Shown in pieces: positions 27,803-37,820 of a DNA stretch of 64,000 bases. Positions within the stretch are counted from its first letter, which is position 1. The number at the start of each line of letters is the position of its first letter. Source of the DNA: Minisyncoccia bacterium (GTDB lineage: Bacteria > Patescibacteriota > Minisyncoccia > Phycocordibacterales > CAIZLB01); NCBI GenBank assembly GCA_041752275.1, contig JBGSHK010000008.1, positions 70,543 to 134,542 of the forward strand, given 5' to 3'. A program made the position numbers and the translations under genes. The notes beneath the pieces are model-generated. The model had not been told where the DNA came from and made no database searches. It was given only the letters and a program-made list of their open reading frames with translations.

Positions 27803-29434
27803 CTACAGTAGTTTTCTACTATCAACCTCAATTTTTATATATTGAGGCAGGGATTTTAGATAATATATAATCGGATTTTTCAAATAATCTTTTTTACCTA
27901 TGAGTATATGTATGGTTGTTTTTATCTTGTCGTCAGCTTCAAAAAAGGTTGTATAATGTTTTAAATATTCTTTTATTGTTTCTAAAAGTTTTATACTTTT
28001 TTCTGTTGGAATGGATATTTGTATATGAGTAGAGTAAGGGGGTAGGTTTAACTCTTTTAATTCATCTTCATTTTTTATTTTATTTATATTATTTTCTTGG
28101 AGATTTTTCCAAAAAAGATTTTCTATATCCCGAGTTTGTATTATGAAGTTTTTATTTGTTTGATGTGATAGTAATGATATTTTTTTATACACCTCATACT
28201 CCATAGAATGAAGTGGTATCGCAAATAAACTTTCAAAAGATACAACTGCTATATTATCAAACTTGAAATCAAGGCCAATACTTTGATTTATTAAATAATC
28301 ATTACCTATAAAGATTGTGGACTTTTTCTTGTCTTTATTGTTTATATATTCGTTTAAAGTTTTTTTAACCTGGCTTTTAGTGTTGTTTTCATTGTCTATT
28401 TTTATTATGTCTATGTCAAATTCTTTTTGTATTTCTTTATATATAACTTCAATAGACGCTCCAAGTGGTAAAAGATTTTCATTTGAGCAAATAGGGCAGG
28501 GTGCATCTATTTTTATAGGGACATGATTATTTTTACATTTAAAAACATAAGCATTTCCTTTAAGATCTATTTCCAAATCTTCAAAACACTTAGGGCAACG
28601 CATCACATGCTTACAGTCAGGACATATAGTTTTAGGTGCATAACCTTTTTTCAGGGTATATAGTAAAAATGATTCGTTATTTTTCTCACTTTTTTTGAGA
28701 GCTGAAAAAAGTTCAGGTGAAATAAGGTTTAGTCTGTCTTTATATACTTCATTGTCTAAATTTTTCTTTTTTATAGCAGTTCTGTTTTGTGAACTTTGTT
28801 CTATTATATATAAGTTTTTGTTTTTTAGCTCAAGCTTTGTTTCTATTTCGTTTAGTTTTATTTTTCGTCTTGTACAGTATTCTTTTATAAAATATCTATA
28901 ATCAAACTTTTTGAATAAATGACGATAGTATTCTGACTCGGCTGAGTATATATTTATAGTTTTTATTGTCTCAGTATCTATTTTATACAGGTCTATAGGT
29001 AATATTTTATTTTCTAAAGAATTCGCTTGTAAATATTCTTGTACAGGAAAAATATTTATTTCTTTGGTATATGATTTTGTTATCTCTATACTATTGGATA
29101 AATTTTCTAGTATCTTTTTAGGAATCATTTCTGAAAATACTTCGCCAAATGGTTTTATATAATAGTTAGCAGTTTTAAGTACGGAAAAAATAAAATCTTG
29201 ACTGAAAAGATTCAGCCTGTTTATTTTTTCAATTTTTCTTATTGTAAAGTTTTGCGATTTTATAAACTCTTTGGCTTCATTTACAGAAATAACAGAATCA
29301 ACTACCACCCAGATCTTTCTGTTTTGTAGTGGTGCTTCTATTATATCGGCAATCTCAACATCTTCATTTATCCAATAGGTTAATGAATCAGAAAAAGTTT
29401 TTTTTAGTATGGGGTAGACTTTGATACATTTCAT
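27803..29434 (-). CDS. priA: Primosomal protein PriA-like, reduced helicase core
   Basis: N-terminal LTYW...VV domain, KKGYAP..CPDC..CPKC..C..H..CPIC Zn region, IIQTR; next to def/fmt; start moved to ATG 29434. Confidence 0.75.
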   Translation of the reverse strand: MKCIKVYPILKKTFSDSLTYWINEDVEIADIIEAPLQNRKIWVVVDSVISVNEAKEFIKSQNFTIRKIEKINRLNLFSQDFIFSVLKTANYYIKPFGEVFSEMIPKKILENLSNSIEITKSYTKEINIFPVQEYLQANSLENKILPIDLYKIDTETIKTINIYSAESEYYRHLFKKFDYRYFIKEYCTRRKIKLNEIETKLELKNKNLYIIEQSSQNRTAIKKKNLDNEVYKDRLNLISPELFSALKKSEKNNESFLLYTLKKGYAPKTICPDCKHVMRCPKCFEDLEIDLKGNAYVFKCKNNHVPIKIDAPCPICSNENLLPLGASIEVIYKEIQKEFDIDIIKIDNENNTKSQVKKTLNEYINNKDKKKSTIFIGNDYLINQSIGLDFKFDNIAVVSFESLFAIPLHSMEYEVYKKISLLSHQTNKNFIIQTRDIENLFWKNLQENNINKIKNEDELKELNLPPYSTHIQISIPTEKSIKLLETIKEYLKHYTTFFEADDKIKTTIHILIGKKDYLKNPIIYYLKSLPQYIKIEVDSRKLL

Positions 29435-29464
29435 AATAGGAATATATGTATTATAATAACACAT

Positions 29465-30997
29465 ATGAAACCCGAAGAAGATTATATAGAAACACATAGT
29501 ACAGATTCAAGTATTTTTAAAGTTTATCCAAAGCAAGTTATTTTTCCGAAAGACGAAATAGAAATAGTTGATATTATAAAGCATGCAAAGGTAAATAAAA
29601 GGCATATATCAGTGCGTGCCGGTGGAAGTTGCATGGATGGAGGATCGTTGAACAATGATATTATAATGAATTTAACCAGGCATTTTACTGATATAAAAAT
29701 AAATCAATACGCCAAGTCAGTTGATATTGATATGGGTGTTTACTATAGAGATCTTGAACATGAAGTGTCAAAACTTGGACTTATGTTTGCACCATATACA
29801 TCGTCAAAAGACGTTTGCGGTATAGGTGGTATGCTTGGAAACAACGCGTCAGGTGAGAAAAGTATACGCTTCGGTGCAACTATAGATAACGTTTTATCTG
29901 CTCGTGTTTTTTTGTCCGACGGTAACTTGTATAACTTTGAAGAAATAACTGAAGATCAATGTTTAAAGTTGTCAGAGCAAAAAACTTTTATTGGAAATAT
30001 TCATAAAGAAATACGGGAAATATATAAAAATTATGCAAATGATTATGTAGAAGCTATTGGCAATGTCATCAAATCAGCTTCGGGCTATAAACTTGATAAG
30101 ATATTTAATAAAGAAAAAAATACTTGGAACTTGGCAAAGATTTTTATAGGAGCTCAGTCAACTTTGGGTATTATTCATTCTGCTAAACTTAAACTTGTAG
30201 ATATGCCAACTCACACAAGACTTATTGCCATACCTGTCAACTCCCTTGCCTCATTGCCACTCTTGTTGCAAAAAATAATGCAAAATGATCCAGAAAGTGT
30301 TGAAACATTTGATGTAAACACTTACATATCAGCAAAACCATTTTTACCTGAGGATACTTTGAAAATACAAAAATATTTTGCAAACGGTGAGCATCTCATA
30401 ATCCTGGCTCAGTTTGACGAAGACGATTTGGCTCATAAAGTTTTTTTGGAGTTGAAAGAAGTAGAACCTAAAACAGAATATATATATGATGATTCTGTTG
30501 CTACAAGTTTATGGAAAGTTAGACGATCATCTTTTGGTGTGATGAGAGATAGGGTTTATGATAAAGTGACAAAAAAAGCTGTGCCTTGTATAGAAGATAT
30601 TATTGTTCCTATAGATAAGTTTGATGAGTTCATACCAAGACTTATGGAGATCTTAAATCTGAACAATATAGAATATGGATATCACGGTCATATAGGGGAT
30701 GGTGCTATAAGAGTTATACCTATCATAGACTTTGAACATCATAAAAAAGCAATAGAGAAAATAGTGTTGTTATGTGATCAGGTTTTTGATCTCGTGAAAG
30801 AGATGGGTGGAAACATGTCCGCGGACCACAGTGATGGAATAATAAGAACACCTTTTTTGAAAGAGTTTTATGGTGTTGATCTTTATGAGGGGGTGGTTGT
30901 GGGGATTAAAAATCTGTTTGATCCAGATAGGATTTTTAATCCAGGGAAGAAGGTGGGGTTGAGGAAGGAGGATTTGGAAGGGTTTGGGTTGAGATAA
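29465..30997 (+). CDS. FAD-binding oxidoreductase (GlcD/D-lactate dehydrogenase family)
   Basis: RAGGSCMDG, IGGMLGNNASG, GAQSTLGII, HGHIGDG, SADHSDG, FDPDRIFNPGK. Confidence 0.9.
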   Translation: MKPEEDYIETHSTDSSIFKVYPKQVIFPKDEIEIVDIIKHAKVNKRHISVRAGGSCMDGGSLNNDIIMNLTRHFTDIKINQYAKSVDIDMGVYYRDLEHEVSKLGLMFAPYTSSKDVCGIGGMLGNNASGEKSIRFGATIDNVLSARVFLSDGNLYNFEEITEDQCLKLSEQKTFIGNIHKEIREIYKNYANDYVEAIGNVIKSASGYKLDKIFNKEKNTWNLAKIFIGAQSTLGIIHSAKLKLVDMPTHTRLIAIPVNSLASLPLLLQKIMQNDPESVETFDVNTYISAKPFLPEDTLKIQKYFANGEHLIILAQFDEDDLAHKVFLELKEVEPKTEYIYDDSVATSLWKVRRSSFGVMRDRVYDKVTKKAVPCIEDIIVPIDKFDEFIPRLMEILNLNNIEYGYHGHIGDGAIRVIPIIDFEHHKKAIEKIVLLCDQVFDLVKEMGGNMSADHSDGIIRTPFLKEFYGVDLYEGVVVGIKNLFDPDRIFNPGKKVGLRKEDLEGFGLR

Positions 30998-31001
30998 CAG
31001 G

Positions 31002-31292
31002 TTATTCCTTATTCTCAGCTATTCTAGGTAAATCATTTCTAATAAAATCTTCTATATCTCCATCTGGTGTGTCAAAAACCGTATTGCTATCATTTGTTGT
31101 ACTACCTATAACAAGATGCCACAATAAACAGTGTTGATATTGACCTGATGTATATTTCCGTTGAATTTTTTCATAGAATTTTTGTATTTCTGGGTCAAAA
31201 TATTTAAGTTCTATTTTGTTTATTGAGTTAAGAAATAATTCTCTGACTTCTGTGTACTTATCTTTATTTGATTCTTGTGAATATGATTCCAT
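31002..31292 (-). CDS. Hypothetical protein
   Basis: 96-aa ORF containing LWHLVIGST..FDTPDGDIEDF. Confidence 0.65.
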   Translation of the reverse strand: MESYSQESNKDKYTEVRELFLNSINKIELKYFDPEIQKFYEKIQRKYTSGQYQHCLLWHLVIGSTTNDSNTVFDTPDGDIEDFIRNDLPRIAENKE

Positions 31293-31344
31293 TTAGCTAG
31301 TATACCATAGATTCAGATTTGTTATAAACTATAAAAAATAAACC

Positions 31345-32709
31345 CTAAAACACCACCGTCATAGTCGTTCCACAATTAAACTCACTCTCAACAAATATTT
31401 TTCCACCTAAATATTTCTCCGTATAATACTTCGCTGAAGATAAGCCTACACCGCAATTTTCTTTTTCTTTATTTTTACTCGAGTAAAAATGATCAAATAT
31501 AATCTCAAGATTTTCATCTTTGATACCAATGCCATTGTCGGACACGGATACATAGTTTTTATTACCATGTTTACCTAAAAGTATTTCAATCTGATATTTT
31601 TCCTTATAATTTACTTCTTTGTCCTGCAAACAAGCTTCATATGCATTTGATATTAAATTTAAAATTATATGATTTAGTATCGATTTTTTTGTATACAGTA
31701 TTTGATCCACAACACTTTCATATTTTACTATTATTTCAACCTCATTTTTAAAATAATTATTCTTTACAAGTTGAATCAATTCATTTACTTCTGTAACAAG
31801 GTTAAACTTCTCATCCTCAATCTTAAGCCCTATTTGTTTTCTTATATTTTGCAACATAGATACGAGTTTTTCATGTGTATTTTTAATACTTAAAATTGTA
31901 TTTTTTAATTCTTTATCTGTTGATATGTTTTCATGATTTAAATTTTCTAAATGAAGACTCATTGTCTGTATAGGTGTTATGAGATCATGATAAAGTCCAC
32001 CAGATAATTTACCAAATTCTATCATGTGATACATTTTAGATATTTTTTCCATTTGCATTTGTTTTATTTCATATGTTTTTTCTCTAACGATTATCTCTAG
32101 ATTATCTCTTTCTTTTTTGAGAATATTTTCAACTCTCATAGCTCTATTTAAGGTTTTATTTTGTTCTTGATTAAATTTTATTAATAAGAATGATATAAAA
32201 ATAAACATTATTGAAAATTCTATAATATCATTTATTCCAAAAGATGAATTGTTATGCCAAGATGTTTTTATATTTAAATAATTACGCAAATAATTTCCAA
32301 TAAAAATTGAAGCTATCAAAATAAAATTATAGATAAAATTTTCCTTAGTTTTTGAAGTTAGTGACAGTATAACAACACAAAATAAATATGAGATTAAAAT
32401 AGAAGGTAAATCAAAACCCCACCATATACCGGCTATAAAATTTAAAATTAATATTGTTGATATTAGTATAATTTTTGATAAATAAATTTTATTTTTTAAA
32501 TTTAAAATATAAGAAATTAAGAATATTATAGGAATAATTATGGAAAAATATAAAGGAAATAATTTTACTGTTTTATTTTCTATAAAATTATTTATATAAC
32601 TTAAGATTAAAAGTATTGAATATAATACAGAAAAACATAAAGCAAATATGTTTACATAAGACAATATTAACTTTATGCGATTTTTTTCTGCATTATTTAT
32701 ATAATTCAT
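31345..32709 (-). CDS. Membrane sensor histidine kinase (orphan)
   Basis: Multiple N-terminal TMs; H-box YHDLITP, NLISNA, DNGIGI, GVGL. Confidence 0.9.
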   Translation of the reverse strand: MNYINNAEKNRIKLILSYVNIFALCFSVLYSILLILSYINNFIENKTVKLFPLYFSIIIPIIFLISYILNLKNKIYLSKIILISTILILNFIAGIWWGFDLPSILISYLFCVVILSLTSKTKENFIYNFILIASIFIGNYLRNYLNIKTSWHNNSSFGINDIIEFSIMFIFISFLLIKFNQEQNKTLNRAMRVENILKKERDNLEIIVREKTYEIKQMQMEKISKMYHMIEFGKLSGGLYHDLITPIQTMSLHLENLNHENISTDKELKNTILSIKNTHEKLVSMLQNIRKQIGLKIEDEKFNLVTEVNELIQLVKNNYFKNEVEIIVKYESVVDQILYTKKSILNHIILNLISNAYEACLQDKEVNYKEKYQIEILLGKHGNKNYVSVSDNGIGIKDENLEIIFDHFYSSKNKEKENCGVGLSSAKYYTEKYLGGKIFVESEFNCGTTMTVVF

Positions 32710-32956
32710 ATCTATAAATATACATATTTAATTATTCCAAGGCAAAGAGGTGATGTTTTTCATATTTTTATTTCCATAATCTTTAAAATAATATGTGAAT
32801 CGATTAAGTTCACGTATTTATTATATATAAGTCTATATTAAATAAATTTTAAGAAATAATAAAGATTTAAAAGTAAAAATAAACCTTAACGGTAGTCTGA
32901 AAATAAATATATAAATATTTTGCCCCCGACCCACCCCTCATGCTACAATACTCCAT

Positions 32957-33565
32957 ATGATAATAAACTTTTACGGCAATCAATTTACAAAACTTCAAGT
33001 AGGGGACACAACCCTAGCCTTGGACCCTTTCAAGGGCACAAAGTTCGGGGCTGACATCGTTCTTCAAACTACTCTACATGAAGATATGGGTGCGGGTGAA
33101 GATATGTTTTTTGGTAACAAAGTACCACATATTATAAAAGGACCAGGCGAGTATGAAGTAAAAAATATATTTATAAAAGGTCATGAAGCCTATACTAACT
33201 ATGATGGTATTGATCATATCTCAGGCACCACTTACTATACTTTTGAGTTTGACGGTATGAGAATACTTTTCTTAGGCGCGGCCGCAAAATCAGAAAAGAA
33301 AATCATCCTCGATGGGGAAGTAGATATTATTTTTATACCCGTATCAGGAGATGGACGTTTTTCTGCAAAAGAGGCAGCGGCTTTTTTGAAAGATATTGAT
33401 TGTAAAGCGGTTATACCTATGGGATTCACAGACAGTAAAGACAAATGTTTAGAAGATTTTATAAAGGAAACTGGATCAGAAAAAACAGAGGTGATTGATA
33501 AATTAACAATAAAGAAAAAAGATTTAGATGGTCAAGATCAAAAAGTATATATTATTAAATCATAG
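32957..33565 (+). CDS. MBL-fold metallo-hydrolase-like protein (degenerate metal motif)
   Basis: DPF..ADIVL, GPGEYEVK, DIIFIPV.G, VIPM. Confidence 0.75.
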   Translation: MIINFYGNQFTKLQVGDTTLALDPFKGTKFGADIVLQTTLHEDMGAGEDMFFGNKVPHIIKGPGEYEVKNIFIKGHEAYTNYDGIDHISGTTYYTFEFDGMRILFLGAAAKSEKKIILDGEVDIIFIPVSGDGRFSAKEAAAFLKDIDCKAVIPMGFTDSKDKCLEDFIKETGSEKTEVIDKLTIKKKDLDGQDQKVYIIKS

Positions 33566-33583
33566 TATTGTATAATAAAAGTA

Positions 33584-33904
33584 ATGAATAATATTAATTA
33601 TCGAAATGAACTTTTGCATCACAAGCTACATAGACATGCAAAACATCATGTTCATAGACTTCGAGGTAAGTCAGAGGCACATAGAAAAGCCTTTGCTTTT
33701 TCTTTTGCTTTTACTATAACTTTTGTTATTTTTACACTTTGGTATTTTTTATCTCTACCAAAGATATTGGAAAGTTATGAGGTTACCAAGTCTGAAAATG
33801 AAAGGTTAAATGAAGATATTTTTGGTAAATTAAAAAATGCATTTACAGGATCGGATATAGAAAGTGGTGGATTAAATATAGAAATTAGTGAATATAATAA
33901 ATAA
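33584..33904 (+). CDS. Hypothetical single-TM protein
   Basis: His/basic N-terminus and one TM helix. Confidence 0.65.
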   Translation: MNNINYRNELLHHKLHRHAKHHVHRLRGKSEAHRKAFAFSFAFTITFVIFTLWYFLSLPKILESYEVTKSENERLNEDIFGKLKNAFTGSDIESGGLNIEISEYNK

Positions 33905-33917
33905 ATATATAAAAACA

Positions 33918-36269
33918 ATGAAAACAATAAAAATAATCACATTAATCTTTATCTTCGTATCAACTTTAAGTTATAAGGGTGGTATTGAAGCGTCAGTTAT
34001 ACAGGCTGATCCAAATTATGTGGCCGAATTTGAAACTGTAGCCAACACTACTATTGATCATGACTCCAGCGTAACAAATTCAAATTTAACTACTATTGTA
34101 GAAAATGATGATAAAATCATAACATTTGCTACTTATTTTGATACAATAAATTTGAGTGGTTATTTGTATTTATTACGTCTAAACAAAGATAGAACTATAG
34201 ATAATACTTTTAGTAAATATAATTATGGTGTGCAAAATGAAACAGCTTTATATGGTCTTACAAAGCAATCAGATAGTAAACTCCTTTTAGGAGGAAGAAA
34301 CGTGGAAGGTTATGGATATAAAATATTGATTAGATTAAACGCTGACGGAACTGTTGATTCAGGTTTTAGTCAAGGTTTTAGTGATCTTGAAGATGCTGAG
34401 CAAGTAGAACAAATAATAATGCAACCCGATAATAAAATCTTAGTAAGAGGAACTTTTCTTAGATACAATGGTTTTAATAGAAAGTATTTAACACGTTTAA
34501 ATACTGATGGAACTCGTGATACAGGATTCAATTTAGGTACAGGATTTAGTTCCAGTGTATCAAATATAGTTCTACAGGATGATGGCAAAATAATAGCTGT
34601 TGGTAATTTTATAACATACAGTGGAGTATCTGCAAATCGTATAATACGTCTAAACTCTGATGGAACGAGAGATAATACTTTTGATATGGGTACAGGTTTT
34701 GATCAGAATCCTACTAAAACATTAATACAGTCTGATGGTAAAATATTAGTATTTGGGAATTTTACAACATACAACGGAGTATCCGCAAATCGAATAATAC
34801 GCCTAAATAGTGATGGAAGTAGAGATAATACTTTTGATATGGGTACAGGTTTTAATAGTAGACCAACTATAGTCTTACAAGATGATGGTAAAATATTGGC
34901 TGTCGGACATTTTATAACATACAACGGAGTATCTGCAAATCGAATAATACGTCTAAACTCTGATGGAACGAGAGATAATACTTTTGATATGGGTACAGGT
35001 TTTTCTGCTGAACCTATTTTTGTAAAAATACAATCAGATGGTAAATATTTAATTAGTGCAAGATTTCCTGGGATAACATATAACGGAGTATCTACAAATG
35101 GTTTAATACGTCTAAATACTGATGGAAGTCGTGATACTACTTTTGACATAGGTACAGGCTTTGGTGTTATTGTGTCAGAAGCAATAATACAAAACAACGG
35201 TGATATACTTGTAGGAGGATCACTTCAGAACTACAATGGTTCCCCAGTAAAAAACCTCATCCGCCTAGAAAAAGACATAGTTTCAACACCTACAAATCCA
35301 GTAGACTTAAAAACATCATCAGACACAGGAACATCAACCATAGACAATATAACAAATGACAACACTCCAACATTTACACTAGGATGTGATGCAACTGCAT
35401 ACACTGTATCTTTGTATATAAACAGTGTGTTAAATGCAACAACAACATGTTCTTCAGCTTCAGTTGACATTACTACAGCAACAACATTAACAGATGATGT
35501 ATACACAGTACAATACAGTCAATCAAATAACATAAGAGAAACAACACTTTCACCATCCATATCTGTTACTGTAGATACTACAGACCCAACAACATCTATT
35601 GTATCTGTAGATACAGACTCAACCTCACCTTACAGTAGCTTAAACACATCACCTCAAATAGCTCTATCTTCTGTTGTAGATGACACTATCTCAATACCTG
35701 ACTTCACATGTTTGCCAACACCGGCAACAAGTCTTGTTGTTGTATGTACAAGAACAACTCCATATTCAATAGGAGCTAAGACAGAGATTGTAACTATTCA
35801 AGACCTTGCAGGTAATCAGGCAACTACATCTATATCATTTAGTATAGAATCAGCACCTGTTGTCTCATCAGGTGGGGGAGGAGGTTTCTCTGGTGGTGGA
35901 TCTTCATCATCATATGTACATCCTTCACTAACATCATTTACAACAACAAATAACACTCAAGCGACATCAACACTCAACCCTATTTCAACATCAACAACTT
36001 CAACAACATCAAACATCGCAAACATCATTTTCTCAACAAATCTTAGACAAAACTCAAGAGGTCAAGATGTAAAAAACCTACAAATATTTCTAAACACTAC
36101 GGGATACATAGTCTCAACAAGAGGCAACGGATCAAAAGGAAATGAGACAAACTTCTTCGGTCCTGCAACACGTGCAGCTTTGATAAGATTTCAAAAAGCA
36201 TACAATATTAAACCTGCATACGGTTTCTTTGGACCTATTACAAGAAATGTGATCAACGGTTTGAAATAG
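33918..36269 (+). CDS. Secreted surface protein: delta-60 repeats, Ig-like domain(s), S/T linker and peptidoglycan-binding domain
   Basis: Signal peptide; repeated Q.DGKI...G.F..YNG..NRIIRLNSDG.RD.TF; SDTG...DNITNDNTPTF; D.AGN; G.DVK.LQ.FLN...FGPATRAALIRFQ. Confidence 0.85.
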   Translation: MKTIKIITLIFIFVSTLSYKGGIEASVIQADPNYVAEFETVANTTIDHDSSVTNSNLTTIVENDDKIITFATYFDTINLSGYLYLLRLNKDRTIDNTFSKYNYGVQNETALYGLTKQSDSKLLLGGRNVEGYGYKILIRLNADGTVDSGFSQGFSDLEDAEQVEQIIMQPDNKILVRGTFLRYNGFNRKYLTRLNTDGTRDTGFNLGTGFSSSVSNIVLQDDGKIIAVGNFITYSGVSANRIIRLNSDGTRDNTFDMGTGFDQNPTKTLIQSDGKILVFGNFTTYNGVSANRIIRLNSDGSRDNTFDMGTGFNSRPTIVLQDDGKILAVGHFITYNGVSANRIIRLNSDGTRDNTFDMGTGFSAEPIFVKIQSDGKYLISARFPGITYNGVSTNGLIRLNTDGSRDTTFDIGTGFGVIVSEAIIQNNGDILVGGSLQNYNGSPVKNLIRLEKDIVSTPTNPVDLKTSSDTGTSTIDNITNDNTPTFTLGCDATAYTVSLYINSVLNATTTCSSASVDITTATTLTDDVYTVQYSQSNNIRETTLSPSISVTVDTTDPTTSIVSVDTDSTSPYSSLNTSPQIALSSVVDDTISIPDFTCLPTPATSLVVVCTRTTPYSIGAKTEIVTIQDLAGNQATTSISFSIESAPVVSSGGGGGFSGGGSSSSYVHPSLTSFTTTNNTQATSTLNPISTSTTSTTSNIANIIFSTNLRQNSRGQDVKNLQIFLNTTGYIVSTRGNGSKGNETNFFGPATRAALIRFQKAYNIKPAYGFFGPITRNVINGLK
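34609..35162 (+). repeat. Intragenic near-identical repeats with about 150-bp period (delta-60 units)
   Basis: ACATACAACGGAGTATCTGCAAATCGAATAATACGTCTAAACTCTGATGG...GATAATACTTTTGATATGGGTACAGGTTTT recurs near 34610, 34765, 34915 and, more diverged, 35075. Confidence 0.85.
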
Positions 36270-36304
36270 ATGATGTTGGATGTTAAGTGTGGTATGATGG
36301 TGTA

Positions 36305-37732
36305 ATGCCACAATCAAATCTATATACAAACAGAGTTTTTACAAGTCAGCTTAAGGATAAACTAGGTGAAGAGGTTCAAATATTTGGCTGGATACATGTA
36401 CGTCGCGATCAAGGTAAAATGATTTTTTTTGAGATACGCGACAAAGATGGCCTTATTCAAGCTGTTGTTTTACCAAATAAAACAGAGGCTCTTTCCATTG
36501 CAAAAAACTGTCGTGACGAATACGTTATCAAGGCAACTGGTTTGATAAATAAAAGACCTGACAAAAATGTGCAGGAAGGTGTTTTCAATGGAGACATAGA
36601 GATGGAAATAAATGAGATTACTATTATAAATGAGTCAGAGACTCCGCCTTATAACATACATGATTCGAAAGATGTAAATGAAGAAGTGAGGCTAAAATAT
36701 AGATATCTAGATCTTCGTGGAAAAAGAATGCATGAAAACATAATAATGCGTGATAAGATTATAGCTTTTTTTAGAAACTATATGAGGGCTGATGGTTTTG
36801 TTGAAATAGAAACTCCTATACTTATGAAAGGAACCCCAGAGGGTTCAAGAGAGTTTTTGGTACCATCAAGACTACATAATGGTACTTTCTATGCACTACC
36901 TCAATCACCGCAACAGTTTAAACAACTACTTATGGTATCTGGTTTTGAAAGATATTTTCAAATAGCTCGTTGTATGCGTGACGAAGATCAAAGAGGCGAT
37001 AGACAACCTGAGTTTACACAACTAGACTTCGAGATGTCATTTATTGATCAAGAAACGATACTACAATACACAGAGAAAATGTTTATAGACTTAGTTAAAG
37101 GTTTATATCCAAATAAAAAGTTTACAACTATACCATTTACAAGATTAACTTACGCCGAGTCTATGGAAAAGTATGGTTCTGATAAACCAGACCTTAGAGT
37201 CAACAAAGAAGATCTGGATGAATTAGCATTTTGTTGGATTACAGATTTTCCAATGTTTGAGAAAATGAAAGATGGATCCATATCAGCAGCGCACCATCCT
37301 TTTTGTTCAACACATCCTGATGATGAAGAATTGTTCATGTCGTCAAATGCAGGTGATGAAAATCTTTTGAAAATACGCGCCAACTCATATGACTTAGTTT
37401 TGAACGGTTATGAACTTTCATCGGGAAGTATACGTATACATAAAAAAGAAGTACAAAATCATGTGTTTAAACTTCTTGGTATGAATGAAGAGCAAATACA
37501 AGCTAAGTTCGGACACATGTTAGAAGCATTTACTTTTGGATGTCCACCACATGGTGGTTTTGCACCTGGTATAGACAGAGTTGTTATGCTTTTGCAAAAT
37601 GAGCCGAACATACGCGAAGTAATAGCATTTCCAAAGACTGGTGAGGCAAGAGATCTTATGACTGGAGCTCCGGCCACTATGGGTGTGGAGCAGTTGGTTG
37701 AGTTGGGTATAAAGATTGTGGAGGGAAAATAG
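36305..37732 (+). CDS. aspS: Aspartate--tRNA ligase (short, no GAD insertion)
   Basis: RLKYRYLDLR, TPEGSREF, LPQSPQQFKQLLM, RQPEFTQLD, PPHGGFAPGIDR; start moved to ATG 36305. Confidence 0.95.
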   Translation: MPQSNLYTNRVFTSQLKDKLGEEVQIFGWIHVRRDQGKMIFFEIRDKDGLIQAVVLPNKTEALSIAKNCRDEYVIKATGLINKRPDKNVQEGVFNGDIEMEINEITIINESETPPYNIHDSKDVNEEVRLKYRYLDLRGKRMHENIIMRDKIIAFFRNYMRADGFVEIETPILMKGTPEGSREFLVPSRLHNGTFYALPQSPQQFKQLLMVSGFERYFQIARCMRDEDQRGDRQPEFTQLDFEMSFIDQETILQYTEKMFIDLVKGLYPNKKFTTIPFTRLTYAESMEKYGSDKPDLRVNKEDLDELAFCWITDFPMFEKMKDGSISAAHHPFCSTHPDDEELFMSSNAGDENLLKIRANSYDLVLNGYELSSGSIRIHKKEVQNHVFKLLGMNEEQIQAKFGHMLEAFTFGCPPHGGFAPGIDRVVMLLQNEPNIREVIAFPKTGEARDLMTGAPATMGVEQLVELGIKIVEGK

Positions 37733-37820
37733 AAATATATATTTCAAAATTTGCACGTGTTATAAAATAAAAACCTCTCACAGATTCGTTCCATGAGAGG
37801 TTGAAGTGTTATTTTTTATA

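Noticed and set aside
34609-35162. About 150-bp periodic repeats as a CRISPR array or DGR template/variable pair
   Set aside because: They are in-frame protein repeats inside one ORF, with no short repeat-spacer pattern and no cas or reverse transcriptase gene in the window
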